From Pyrinomonadaceae bacterium (GTDB taxonomy: Bacteria; Acidobacteriota; Blastocatellia; Pyrinomonadales; Pyrinomonadaceae): a DNA stretch of 34,602 nt. This document shows positions 8,300 through 18,592 of the stretch, one piece after another. Below the pieces are notes generated by a model that searched no databases, was not told the origin of the DNA, and was given only the letters and a program-made list of their open reading frames with translations. The position numbers were made by a program, and so were the translations under genes. The stretch is from positions 1 through 34,602 of the forward strand of contig DATFCB010000311.1 of the NCBI GenBank assembly GCA_035253525.1, read 5' to 3'. The first letter of the stretch is position 1, and each line of letters begins with the position of its first letter.

Positions 8300-8560
8300 A
8301 TGAAACACCTTAGACGACTTTGCGCAGTTGTAGTTCTGGCGATGGCACTCAGCTTTTCTGCCTTTGCCGGAGACATACTGACGCCCGGTTCCAAAGATAC
8401 CCAGCCGAAACGCTCAACGGCGACCACGAGTGTTGCGACTGAGACGTGCTATGAGACGTCTGATTCGGAGCCGGGCGACATCTTAACACCGGGCGCGGTA
8501 CTTGCCCCCGTGACGGAGGCCACGTTAAGTCTGCTCCAAAGCCTGCTGTCACTCTTTTAA
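8300..8560 (+). CDS. small secreted protein with duplicated GDILTPG motif
   Basis: 86 aa. The signal peptide is MKHLRRLCAVVVLAMALSFSAFA with an AFA|G cleavage site. The mature part carries GDILTPG at both ends of a Ser/Thr/acidic linker with one Cys, and ends ...ATLSLLQSLLSLF. AGGAG/AGAGGA lies upstream. GC is about 56% by hand count, lower than the neighbouring genes. Confidence 0.6.
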   Translation: MKHLRRLCAVVVLAMALSFSAFAGDILTPGSKDTQPKRSTATTSVATETCYETSDSEPGDILTPGAVLAPVTEATLSLLQSLLSLF

Positions 8561-8839
8561 GGCACTTACCACCAACTAAAGATTTTGAAGCTGACGTGGA
8601 CAGCCCCGCGCGCAGCCCTGTCTAGGTGTGTGCGAAAATTGACGGCCATTTCTTAAGACACACGGCAAGGAGGCTCCCACGACCAATCAGCTTAACCGTT
8701 CTGAGCCGTGAAAATCAATAAAAATCTCGGCGGCTTTCCCCCGGGTCGCCACCATAGTTAGTGACGTTTGTTTTCAGATTAGCTAAACTGGGGCCGTAAT
8801 CCACGCTCATCATGCAACATTTTATCGCGGAGGTTCAAC

Positions 8840-10519
8840 GTGAGCCTGACTCTGCTGGCGCTCGGATTCATGCTTTTGCTCTTTGTTGCTTACAGGCTCT
8901 ACGGGGGCTGGGTGGCGCGGCAATTCGTTCTGGACGACGCGCGCACGACGCCCGCCAACGAGCTGAACGACGGCGTTGATTACATCCCTACGCGCCCCTT
9001 CTACCTCTTCGGCCAACATTTCTCTGCCATCGCGGCCGCCGGTCCGATTGCCGGGCCGATTCTCGCGTGCCAGGCTTTCGGCTGGCTCCCTTGTCTGCTC
9101 TGGATCGCACTCGGCGTGGTCCTGATAGGGGCCGTGCACGATTTCTCCAGCCTCGCGGCTTCCGTGCGCCACGGCGCGCGCTCGATTGCGGAGATCACGC
9201 GCGAGCACTTGGGCCGCAAGGCCGGGGCGGCAATGATGGGCTTCATCTGGATAGCGCTCATCTACGTCATCGTCGCCTTCACGGACATCACGGCCGGGAC
9301 GTTCGTCGCCGGGTCCGAAGAATTGCGCCAGGGCAATGTTGCCTTCAACCCCGGCGGCGCGGTGGCCGCGGCGAGCGTGATGTACCTGATACTCTCCGTC
9401 ACGCTCGGCCTCGTTCAGCGTTACCTTGACCCGCCGCTCTGGCTCGTGACCTTAATTTTCGTGCCCGCAACGTTCGCCCTGGCTTGGCTCGGCACGAAGT
9501 TCTCGACCGTGCTCCTGCTGGATCATAAGACCTGGGGCATACTGATTCTCATCTATTGCGGCGTGGCTTCGCTCGTCCCCGTCTGGTCGCTTTTGCAGCC
9601 GCGCGGCTACCTCGGCGGCTTCGTCCTCTACTCGGCGCTCGCCGTCGGCGTCGTCGGCGTCATCTTCGGCGGCTACGAGATTCAGCAGCCGGCCTTCAAG
9701 TCCTGGAACGCGCCGGGTGTGGCGGGCGCGCTCTTCCCCTTCCTCTTCGTGACGATAGCCTGCGGCGCGTGTTCCGGCTTTCACGGCCTGGTCTGCTCAG
9801 GCACGACCTCCAAGCAGATAAACCGCGAGCGCGACATCAAGCCGGTCGGCTTCGGCGCGATGCTGGCCGAAGGCTTCGTGGCCTTAATCGCGCTCGTGAC
9901 CATCATGATCGTCGCGCAGGGGAGCATCAAACCTGGCACAGCGCCCGGCACAATTTACGGCAACGGCATAGGAAACTTCTTGAGCCTGCTCATCGGCCCG
10001 CAGAATTTACAGTTTGCCATCACGTTCGGCGCGATGGCCTTCTCGACTTTCGTCTTCGACACGCTCGACGTGTGCACGCGGCTCGGCCGCTACATCGTGC
10101 AGGAGCTTTTCGGCTGGCGTGGGCGCGGCGGCGCGCTCGCCGGCACAATTCTGACAGTCCTCGTGCCATTCTATTTCATCTTCTACGCGGCACCCGGCTC
10201 CTGGGTGGAGTTCTGGACGCTGTTCGGCGCGTCAAACCAGTTGCTCGCCGCGCTGACGCTGCTGGCAATCACGGTCTGGCTCTACCAGGCGCGGCAGCGC
10301 ATAGGCTTCACGCTCTTCCCCATGCTCTTCGTGCTGGCGATAACGCTCTGGGCGCTCGTCCGCATCGTCGTCGGGAACCTGCGCGCGTCCGAGGGCTTCG
10401 ACATCAAACTCGTCAACGCCATCGCGGCCGCCGCGCTCGTCACGCTCGCCATTTATCTGGTCGTCACGGCGCTCATCAAGTTGCGCGGCGAGCGCAAGGC
10501 TTCACTTGCGCCCGCTTGA
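8840..10519 (+). CDS. cstA: carbon starvation protein CstA family transporter
   Basis: GTG start 6 nt after GGAGG. The N-terminus ...YRLYGGWVARQFVLDDARTTPANELNDGVDYIPTRPFYLFGQHFSAIAAAGPIAGPILA is typical of CstA. The protein is polytopic and 559 aa long. Confidence 0.9.
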   Translation: MSLTLLALGFMLLLFVAYRLYGGWVARQFVLDDARTTPANELNDGVDYIPTRPFYLFGQHFSAIAAAGPIAGPILACQAFGWLPCLLWIALGVVLIGAVHDFSSLAASVRHGARSIAEITREHLGRKAGAAMMGFIWIALIYVIVAFTDITAGTFVAGSEELRQGNVAFNPGGAVAAASVMYLILSVTLGLVQRYLDPPLWLVTLIFVPATFALAWLGTKFSTVLLLDHKTWGILILIYCGVASLVPVWSLLQPRGYLGGFVLYSALAVGVVGVIFGGYEIQQPAFKSWNAPGVAGALFPFLFVTIACGACSGFHGLVCSGTTSKQINRERDIKPVGFGAMLAEGFVALIALVTIMIVAQGSIKPGTAPGTIYGNGIGNFLSLLIGPQNLQFAITFGAMAFSTFVFDTLDVCTRLGRYIVQELFGWRGRGGALAGTILTVLVPFYFIFYAAPGSWVEFWTLFGASNQLLAALTLLAITVWLYQARQRIGFTLFPMLFVLAITLWALVRIVVGNLRASEGFDIKLVNAIAAAALVTLAIYLVVTALIKLRGERKASLAPA

Positions 10520-10756
10520 GCCGTGGGAGAGGGCGCGGGCGGGCTGCGGGGATTTGAGCCTTCGGACTTTGCACTTTAGACACTTTTTCGGCCATAATGC
10601 CTGCTTTCAGCGCGACGTGGATTTAAGCGGTTAAGACACAGGACGCGCTTCCTGTGTGTCATGGTCTGTCTCTGACCCACTTCCGCTTGAATCGCGCCGC
10701 GCTTTTGGGCTGAACTTATCTCGCCATCTATTTGAACAGGGAAAGGAATCTCACTC

Positions 10757-13429
<2,673 letters not shown>

Positions 13430-13434
13430 ACTTA

Positions 13435-13496
13435 AAGTTTCAAGTTTCAGGTTCCGGGTTTCAAGTTAAAATCCTCGAACCTGAAACTTGAAACTT
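13435..13496. repeat. heptamer-arm hairpin (AAGTTTC-type units), probable terminator of hppA
   Basis: 13437..13454 GTTTCAAGTTTCAGGTTC pairs exactly with 13477..13494 GAACCTGAAACTTGAAAC, plus 2 more A-T pairs. Further 7-nt units flank it out to about 13431..13514. Confidence 0.85.
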
Positions 13497-13526
13497 GAAA
13501 CCTGAAACTTAAAGAAGGATGACATC

Positions 13527-14120
13527 GTGAACACTTCATATGCCAAAGCAGAGACGTTGACGAGCGCGGTGCTCGCGCCGCTCGATTGGGCGCGTTCGTT
13601 AGCGCTCATCGTCGCCTTCAGTCTACTGACCGCGCTCGCCGCGCAGGTCGCCATCCCGCTCCCCTGGACTCCTGTGCCAATTACGGGGCAGACCTTCGCG
13701 GTCCTGCTGACGGGCGCGCTCCTCGGCTCGCGCCTGGGCGCGCTGGCGATGATCGCTTACTTGATTGAAGGGGCGGCGGGGCTTCCCTTCTTCGCAGCGG
13801 GCGGCGCAGGAATCGGGCGTCTGCTGTTCAGTCCTACGAGCGGCTACCTGCTCGCGTATCCGGCGGCGGCCTTCCTCGTCGGGCTGCTCGCGGAGCGCGG
13901 TTGGGACCGGCGCTGGTTGACGGCCGCTGCGGCGATGGGCCTCGGGTCAATCGTGATTCTGCTCGGCGGCTGGGCGTGGCTGACGCGCTTCGTCGGCCCT
14001 GAAGCGGCGTGGGCCACGGGGGTCGCGCCATTTCTCGTCGGCGATGTCGTCAAGATTGCGCTCGCGGCCGCCGTGCTCCCGACGGGCTGGGCGCTCCTGC
14101 GCCGCAGGGATTCGCGTTAG
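13527..14120 (+). CDS. bioY: biotin transporter BioY (ECF S-component)
   Basis: AQVAIPLPWTPVPITGQTFAVLLTGALLGSRLGALAMIAYLIEGAAGLPFFA is a typical BioY core. GTG start after GAAGGA. Confidence 0.88.
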   Translation: MNTSYAKAETLTSAVLAPLDWARSLALIVAFSLLTALAAQVAIPLPWTPVPITGQTFAVLLTGALLGSRLGALAMIAYLIEGAAGLPFFAAGGAGIGRLLFSPTSGYLLAYPAAAFLVGLLAERGWDRRWLTAAAAMGLGSIVILLGGWAWLTRFVGPEAAWATGVAPFLVGDVVKIALAAAVLPTGWALLRRRDSR

Positions 14121-14152
14121 ACTTTTAAAGCGCGGTGCTGTGATTTAACCTT

Positions 14153-14253
14153 TCAACCCTTTGCGCCTTTGGTTTTTCTTTTACTGCGCCTCCAGCGTGA
14201 ACGGCTGTTTCTCGCAAAGGCGCAAAGAGAAGACGTAAGACGCAAAGGGTTGA
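14153..14253. repeat. GCGCAAAG-type palindromic intergenic element, copy A (imperfect)
   Basis: Outer arms 14153..14165 TCAACCCTTTGCG and 14241..14253 CGCAAAGGGTTGA pair exactly. The interior contains CTGCGCCTCCAGCGTGA and CGCAAAGGCGCAAAGAGAAGACG, which are shared with copies B and C. Confidence 0.75.
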
Positions 14254-14278
14254 GTTAGTTTAGAGACGTGAGGGAAAG

Positions 14279-14680
14279 ATGTACGTCCTGAAAGTGCGCT
14301 CGCACGAGCGCGAGCAGTTGGTCGAGTTCACGGACGAGGTCCGGCGCAAGCTCGAAGAGTCCGGCGCGCGCGAGGGCGTCTGCTTCCTCTACGTGCAGCA
14401 CACCACGGCCGGGCTGACCGTCAACGAGAACGCGGACCCTGACGTTCCACGCGACATGCTCCACGCCCTGCGCACGCTCGTCCCGCAGCACGGCATGGAT
14501 TTCCGCCACGCCGAGGAGAACTCCGACTCGCACATCAAAGCCAGCCTCGTCGGCCCGAGCGTGACCATCCCCTTCCACGACGGCCGACTCCTCCTCGGCC
14601 GCTGGCAAGGCATCTTCCTCTGTGAATTCGACGGCCCCCGCGAACGCAAAGTCATTATGAAAGTGATGAGTGATAAGTGA
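14279..14680 (+). CDS. YjbQ/UPF0047 family protein (secondary thiamine-phosphate synthase-like)
   Basis: CFLYVQHTTAGLTVNENADPDVPRDM...HAEENSDSHIKASLVGPSVTIPFHDGRLLLGRWQGIFLCEFDGPRERKV is the characteristic UPF0047 sequence. Confidence 0.88.
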   Translation: MYVLKVRSHEREQLVEFTDEVRRKLEESGAREGVCFLYVQHTTAGLTVNENADPDVPRDMLHALRTLVPQHGMDFRHAEENSDSHIKASLVGPSVTIPFHDGRLLLGRWQGIFLCEFDGPRERKVIMKVMSDK

Positions 14681-14733
14681 TAAGTAAAAACCTCTTTCTT
14701 TAACTCAGCACTTATCACTTATCACTTATCACT
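14662..14733. repeat. heptamer-arm hairpin (GTGATAA units): 24-bp stem (1 G-U), 24-nt loop, between convergent genes
   Basis: 14662..14685 AGTGATGAGTGATAAGTGATAAGT pairs with 14710..14733 ACTTATCACTTATCACTTATCACT. The left arm overlaps the last 6 codons and the stop of the YjbQ gene. Confidence 0.9.
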
Positions 14734-14737
14734 ACTC

Positions 14738-15364
14738 TTATAGCGTTGCTTCGACCATCTGGGCCAGTTCGAAAAATTCGGGCGCGCTGACGGCGGCGCT
14801 GAAGCCCATCTTGGTCGGGCGCGGGAGGGTCGCGACGACGAGTTGGGAGCCACCGTTTTCGCCGGGGACGATCTTGCAGAACCTTTTGATCTTGAGCGTG
14901 AGGCCGCCCGACTGCGACTCCGTCTTGGCTAATTCGTTGGCGAGTTTGACGAGGTCGCCGTTGCCGTTGAGTCTTTCGCTCGCGGGGTCGCCCTTGAACT
15001 TCGACTTGCCGAAAAACTTCGGGTCTTCCAGATAGATTTCGCCGCCGATTGGTTTGGCGAGCGGCGTCGAATAGAGCAGTAGCCCCGCGTGCGAGCCGAC
15101 GCCCTGGCGGTTCATGGAGAGCCGCAGGTGTACGGGCCGCGGCTGCGCGAAATCGAAGTGGAGGTTAAAGAGCACGTCCGCTTTGCCGCCGAGGAGTCCG
15201 CCCGCGATGTCGCCGAAGAACTTGCCGGCGGTCATTTCGCCTGCGTCGCCGCCTTCGACCTGATAGGGGATTGGGGACTGTGACCCGACCTCTTCGCGTA
15301 TCTTCTCCTCGACCTTCGGGCCGATTTCCGCCACGTCGTGCGACGTGTATGCGAGATTGTTCAT
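14738..15364 (-). CDS. hypothetical protein, no recognisable family
   Basis: 208-aa ORF with good GC3 bias and no signal peptide or TM segment. It is a monocistronic unit between a hairpin and a divergent intergenic region. The sequence is Gly/Lys-rich and looks beta-rich: ...GKFFGDIAGGLLGGKADVLFNLHFDF... Confidence 0.6.
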   Translation of the reverse strand: MNNLAYTSHDVAEIGPKVEEKIREEVGSQSPIPYQVEGGDAGEMTAGKFFGDIAGGLLGGKADVLFNLHFDFAQPRPVHLRLSMNRQGVGSHAGLLLYSTPLAKPIGGEIYLEDPKFFGKSKFKGDPASERLNGNGDLVKLANELAKTESQSGGLTLKIKRFCKIVPGENGGSQLVVATLPRPTKMGFSAAVSAPEFFELAQMVEATL

Positions 15365-15556
15365 TTCCTCTTCCTTTCCTCAAATACCTTTTGGGGATTT
15401 TACAGACCTGTACTTACGTGGCGAGGCTGCCTGCCCGGATGGTTCGTAAAATGGAGACTTGTCGGGATGCGGGACGATAACGCCTGGCCTGATTGCGAGT
15501 CAAGTTTTTTGACGCGGGCGCTGGGCCGCAAGTGCGTGCCGTCTATTCGGTCGTGA

Positions 15557-16222
15557 ATGACTATGAAAGAGCGTGCGCGCGAGAAGGCGCGTCCATCCCC
15601 CGTTTATGACCGCTTCGCGAAGCATTACGAGCGGCTGATGGCCCCGCTTGAGCGAAGATTTCTGGCGGGCCTGCGCGCCAGAGTCATGGCCGCGCTGCCT
15701 GCGGAGGCCCGCGTCCTCGAAGTCGGCGCGGGCACGGGACTCAACTTCCCCTTCTACCCGCGTGGCGCGCGCGGCGCGGCGAGCGAGTTGAGCCGCGAGA
15801 TGCTCTCAATCGCGCACCGCAAAGCGGAGAGGCCCGCGAGCGTGCATTTGGTTCAGACTTGCGCCGAGCGGCTTCCCTTCGCCGACGCCTCGTTCGACGC
15901 GGCATTTGCGACGCTCGTCTTTTGCTCGGTCGCTTCGCCCCATGAAGCTTTCACGGAGTTGCGCCGCGTGGTCCGCCCCGGAGGAATTGTTGTGCTCCTG
16001 GAACACGTTCGCCCCGACGGCCTGCTCGGCTACGTCTTCGACGCGCTCAACGTCCTGACCGTCGCGCTGATGGAAGACCACTTCAACCGCCGCACGGCGC
16101 GCGAAGCCGCGCAGGCCGGTCTACACGTCGAACGCGTCGAACGCCGCGCACACGGTATAATCAATCTCATCGTCTGCCGCAACGAAGGGATGAGGGATGA
16201 AAGGAGTGCTAGTTCAAGTTGA
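15557..16222 (+). CDS. class I SAM-dependent methyltransferase (Methyltransf_11/UbiE-like)
   Basis: Motif I is VLEVGAGTGLNF. Post-I and post-II elements are also present (FDAAFATLVFCSV, RVVRPGGIVVLLEH). Confidence 0.85.
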   Translation: MTMKERAREKARPSPVYDRFAKHYERLMAPLERRFLAGLRARVMAALPAEARVLEVGAGTGLNFPFYPRGARGAASELSREMLSIAHRKAERPASVHLVQTCAERLPFADASFDAAFATLVFCSVASPHEAFTELRRVVRPGGIVVLLEHVRPDGLLGYVFDALNVLTVALMEDHFNRRTAREAAQAGLHVERVERRAHGIINLIVCRNEGMRDERSASSS

Positions 16223-16243
16223 GTAAGACATCCCTCATCCCTC
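16187..16243. repeat. heptamer-arm hairpin (GGGATGA units) spanning the methyltransferase/DUF72 gene junction
   Basis: 16188..16200 GGGATGAGGGATG pairs exactly with 16230..16242 CATCCCTCATCCC, plus an A-T pair. The loop contains AAAGGAG and the TTG 16219 start. CATCCCT-type 7-mers continue to about 16265. Confidence 0.8.
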
Positions 16244-17085
16244 CGCCCTCATCCCTCGTCCCTTCCTGCGTTGTCGGTTGCCAGGGTTGGAACTACGACG
16301 ACTGGGTGACGGGGCCGGGAGGACGCGTCTTTTATCCGCGCGGGACGCGCGCGGCCGGGATGCTCGAAGTCTACGGCCGCGCGTTCGAGACGGTCGAAGT
16401 TGACTCGACCTTTTACGCCATCCCGCCGCTCTCGACCTTTGAAGGCTGGGCCAAACGGACGCCGCCCAATTTCACTTTCTCTCTGAAGCTGCCGCAGGAG
16501 ATCACGCACGAGCGCGGCCTGGGGAGCGGAAGCGTTGAATTGCTCGAAGAGTTTTCGGACCGCGCCCGCGCGCTCGGGCCGAAGCTCGCCTGCGTGCTCA
16601 TACAGATGCCGCCGCAGTTCGAGTTGACGCCGGAGACGGGCCGGCACTTGCGCAAGTTTCTCCCGAGCCTGCCGCGCGACCTTCGCTTCAGCATAGAGTT
16701 TCGCCACACCTCATGGCTCAAACAGAGCGTCCTGGACTTTCTCTCGGAGCACGCCGTTTCGCCCGCGCTCGTCGAGGGCCAGTGGATCGCGCCCGAAGAC
16801 AACCGGCAACTGGCCGAGCAGTTGACCGCCGATTTTGTCTACATACGCTGGATGGGCGCGCGCAACCTCACGCGCTTCGACACAGTCCAGCGCCCGCAGG
16901 ACGAAAACCTCTCCGCCTGGGCCAAAACCATCTTGCGCCTCCAGGAGCGCGTCCCGCTCGTCTACGCCTACTTCAGCAACTTCTACGAGGGCCACGCGCC
17001 CGCCAGCGCCAACAAGCTCAAGCGCCTCCTCGGTCAACCGGCGGTCGAAGCCGCCGACCTCGAAGACCAGCCGTCTCTTTTTTAA
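16219..17085 (+). CDS. DUF72 (YecE-like) family protein
   Basis: VGCQGWNYDDW...FYPRG...LEVYGRAFETVEVDSTFYAIPP...W...TPPNFTFSLKLPQEITHE is the typical DUF72 N-terminus. The TTG start overlaps the upstream stop. I am less sure of the start than of the gene. Confidence 0.82.
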   Translation: MSKTSLIPPPSSLVPSCVVGCQGWNYDDWVTGPGGRVFYPRGTRAAGMLEVYGRAFETVEVDSTFYAIPPLSTFEGWAKRTPPNFTFSLKLPQEITHERGLGSGSVELLEEFSDRARALGPKLACVLIQMPPQFELTPETGRHLRKFLPSLPRDLRFSIEFRHTSWLKQSVLDFLSEHAVSPALVEGQWIAPEDNRQLAEQLTADFVYIRWMGARNLTRFDTVQRPQDENLSAWAKTILRLQERVPLVYAYFSNFYEGHAPASANKLKRLLGQPAVEAADLEDQPSLF

Positions 17086-17211
17086 CGTGGCTGAACTCGC
17101 TCTTGAGCCTCGTTAAAGAATCAGTCGCAGGCGTTAACGCTCACGTCCCCGTCCGCGTCATAATCAAGCAGTAAGTTTTCCCACTCGATTCGTCACCGGA
17201 GCAAACGCTGT

Positions 17212-18180
17212 ATGAAGTCACTTGTGTCGTCCTGGTTGTTAGTGCCTCTAATCGTGGCTGGCTCTTTCTTACTGCCGCCGCCGAACGCTTCGGCGCGGCA
17301 GGAGAACGGCGCGATAGTCGGGCAGAAGACCTACGTCTTCCCTACTTACGAAAAGGCCGTGGAGACTACGGACGTTGAAAACTACGCTGACCGCGCCGCC
17401 TACGAGAAGGCCGTCGGCGACGCTGCCTTTGAGTTTCAGAAGTTGACGTACATGAGCAATGGGTTGAAAGTCACGGCCTACCTCTACAAACCACGGCGGA
17501 CCGAAGGACAAAAATTCCCCGCCGTCATCTTCAACCGCGGGAGCGTCGTGCGCGGCGACATCGCGCCCGAGTTGGTTTCTTTCTTTCACCGCCTGGCGAC
17601 CGAAGGCTTCGTCATTCTGGCCCCGCTGCTGCGGCAGAGTGACGGCGGCGAGGGACACGATGAAGTGGGCGGCGCTGACGCAGATGATTTGACGAACATC
17701 GTTCCGGTGGCAAAGGCGCTCGGCTTCGTGGACATGAATAATCTGTTCATGTACGGGGAGTCGCGCGGCGGGATGATGACTTACCAGGCGATCAGGAGAA
17801 AATTTCCGATGAACGCGGCGGCCGTGTTCGGGGCCTTCACCAGCTTGCAGGAACTCGTGGACGAACACCCTCAGCAATACACGCCAACTCTCTTCAAACA
17901 ACTCTGGCCCGATTACGAAACTCGAAAGGCGGAACTCTTCGAAGCAAGATCGGCCCTCCTCTGGGCCGACCAGTTGAGCGTCCCCGTGCTCATCATGCAC
18001 GGGGGCGACGACAAGGGCTTGAACCCGGCCCAGTCGTTGAATCTGGCACAGCGTCTACAGAAGGCGGGCAAAGTTTATGAGTTGCTGATTTACGCGGGCG
18101 ACAATCACATTCTGGCCCGGAACCAGGAGGACAGGGATCAACGGGCCGTCAGGTGGTTCAAAAAATATCTCAGAAAATGA
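17212..18180 (+). CDS. secreted alpha/beta hydrolase, S9 prolyl-oligopeptidase / dienelactone-hydrolase-like
   Basis: Has a signal peptide. The nucleophile elbow is GESRGG, with PVLIMHGGDD and GDNHIL providing the Asp and His. Confidence 0.8.
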   Translation: MKSLVSSWLLVPLIVAGSFLLPPPNASARQENGAIVGQKTYVFPTYEKAVETTDVENYADRAAYEKAVGDAAFEFQKLTYMSNGLKVTAYLYKPRRTEGQKFPAVIFNRGSVVRGDIAPELVSFFHRLATEGFVILAPLLRQSDGGEGHDEVGGADADDLTNIVPVAKALGFVDMNNLFMYGESRGGMMTYQAIRRKFPMNAAAVFGAFTSLQELVDEHPQQYTPTLFKQLWPDYETRKAELFEARSALLWADQLSVPVLIMHGGDDKGLNPAQSLNLAQRLQKAGKVYELLIYAGDNHILARNQEDRDQRAVRWFKKYLRK

Positions 18181-18188
18181 TTATTACT

Positions 18189-18283
18189 TCACGCAAAGGC
18201 GCAAAGGCGCGAAGAAGGCCGCAAAGAGGTTGAATGCCTCTTCACCTTGCGTGCTTTCTTCGCGCCTTTGCGCCTTTGCGTGA
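18189..18283. repeat. GCGCAAAG-type palindromic element, copy B: perfect 28-bp stem between convergent genes
   Basis: 18189..18216 TCACGCAAAGGCGCAAAGGCGCGAAGAA is the exact reverse complement of 18256..18283. The arms have an 8-nt period (CGCAAAGG). Confidence 0.9.
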
Positions 18284-18301
18284 GACTTTCCTTTTCCGGG
18301 G

Positions 18302-18592
18302 TCAAGCCCCTTCCTTCCCCGGCAGGCTCTTCATCACTTCGGCGAAGCTTTCCACGTCGTCGCGTGTCTTCTCCATCGCGCGGCGGCTGTCCAGATAGGC
18401 TTTCCACTGCGGGGTGTTCGTCAGGGCTTTCGTCGTGTCTTCGTCCAGCACCTGAGCCATCAGGGCTATGAGGTCGCTGACGACGCGCGTGTGCTCAAGG
18501 AGCGATTCGATGATGTTGTAGGCGAGCCGCGCCTGCTCGAAATCGAGGTCGCGCGCGGGCGCGTGGGCCGTCTCGGAAATTTCTTCGCTCAT
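18302..18592 (-). CDS. small helical hypothetical protein translationally coupled to ygfZ
   Basis: ATG 18592..18590 overlaps the ygfZ stop 18591..18589 (ATGA overlap). The 96-aa product reads MSEEISETAHAPARDLDFEQARLAYNIIESLLEH... I do not recognise a family. Confidence 0.5.
   Translation of the reverse strand: MSEEISETAHAPARDLDFEQARLAYNIIESLLEHTRVVSDLIALMAQVLDEDTTKALTNTPQWKAYLDSRRAMEKTRDDVESFAEVMKSLPGKEGA

Noticed and set aside
8300-8560. Possible relationship between the GDILTPG motif of the small peptide and the GIT[IA]TGAD octads of the protease
   Set aside because: They share only a loose G/D/I/T/G composition. The order and the period differ, and the genes are 21 kb apart. This is too weak to claim.
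10637-10662. Short hairpin GACACAGGA...TCCTGTGTGTC in the 237-nt leader of the pyrophosphatase gene, considered as a possible riboswitch
   Set aside because: I could not see a match to any riboswitch consensus I know. The single short stem is not enough.
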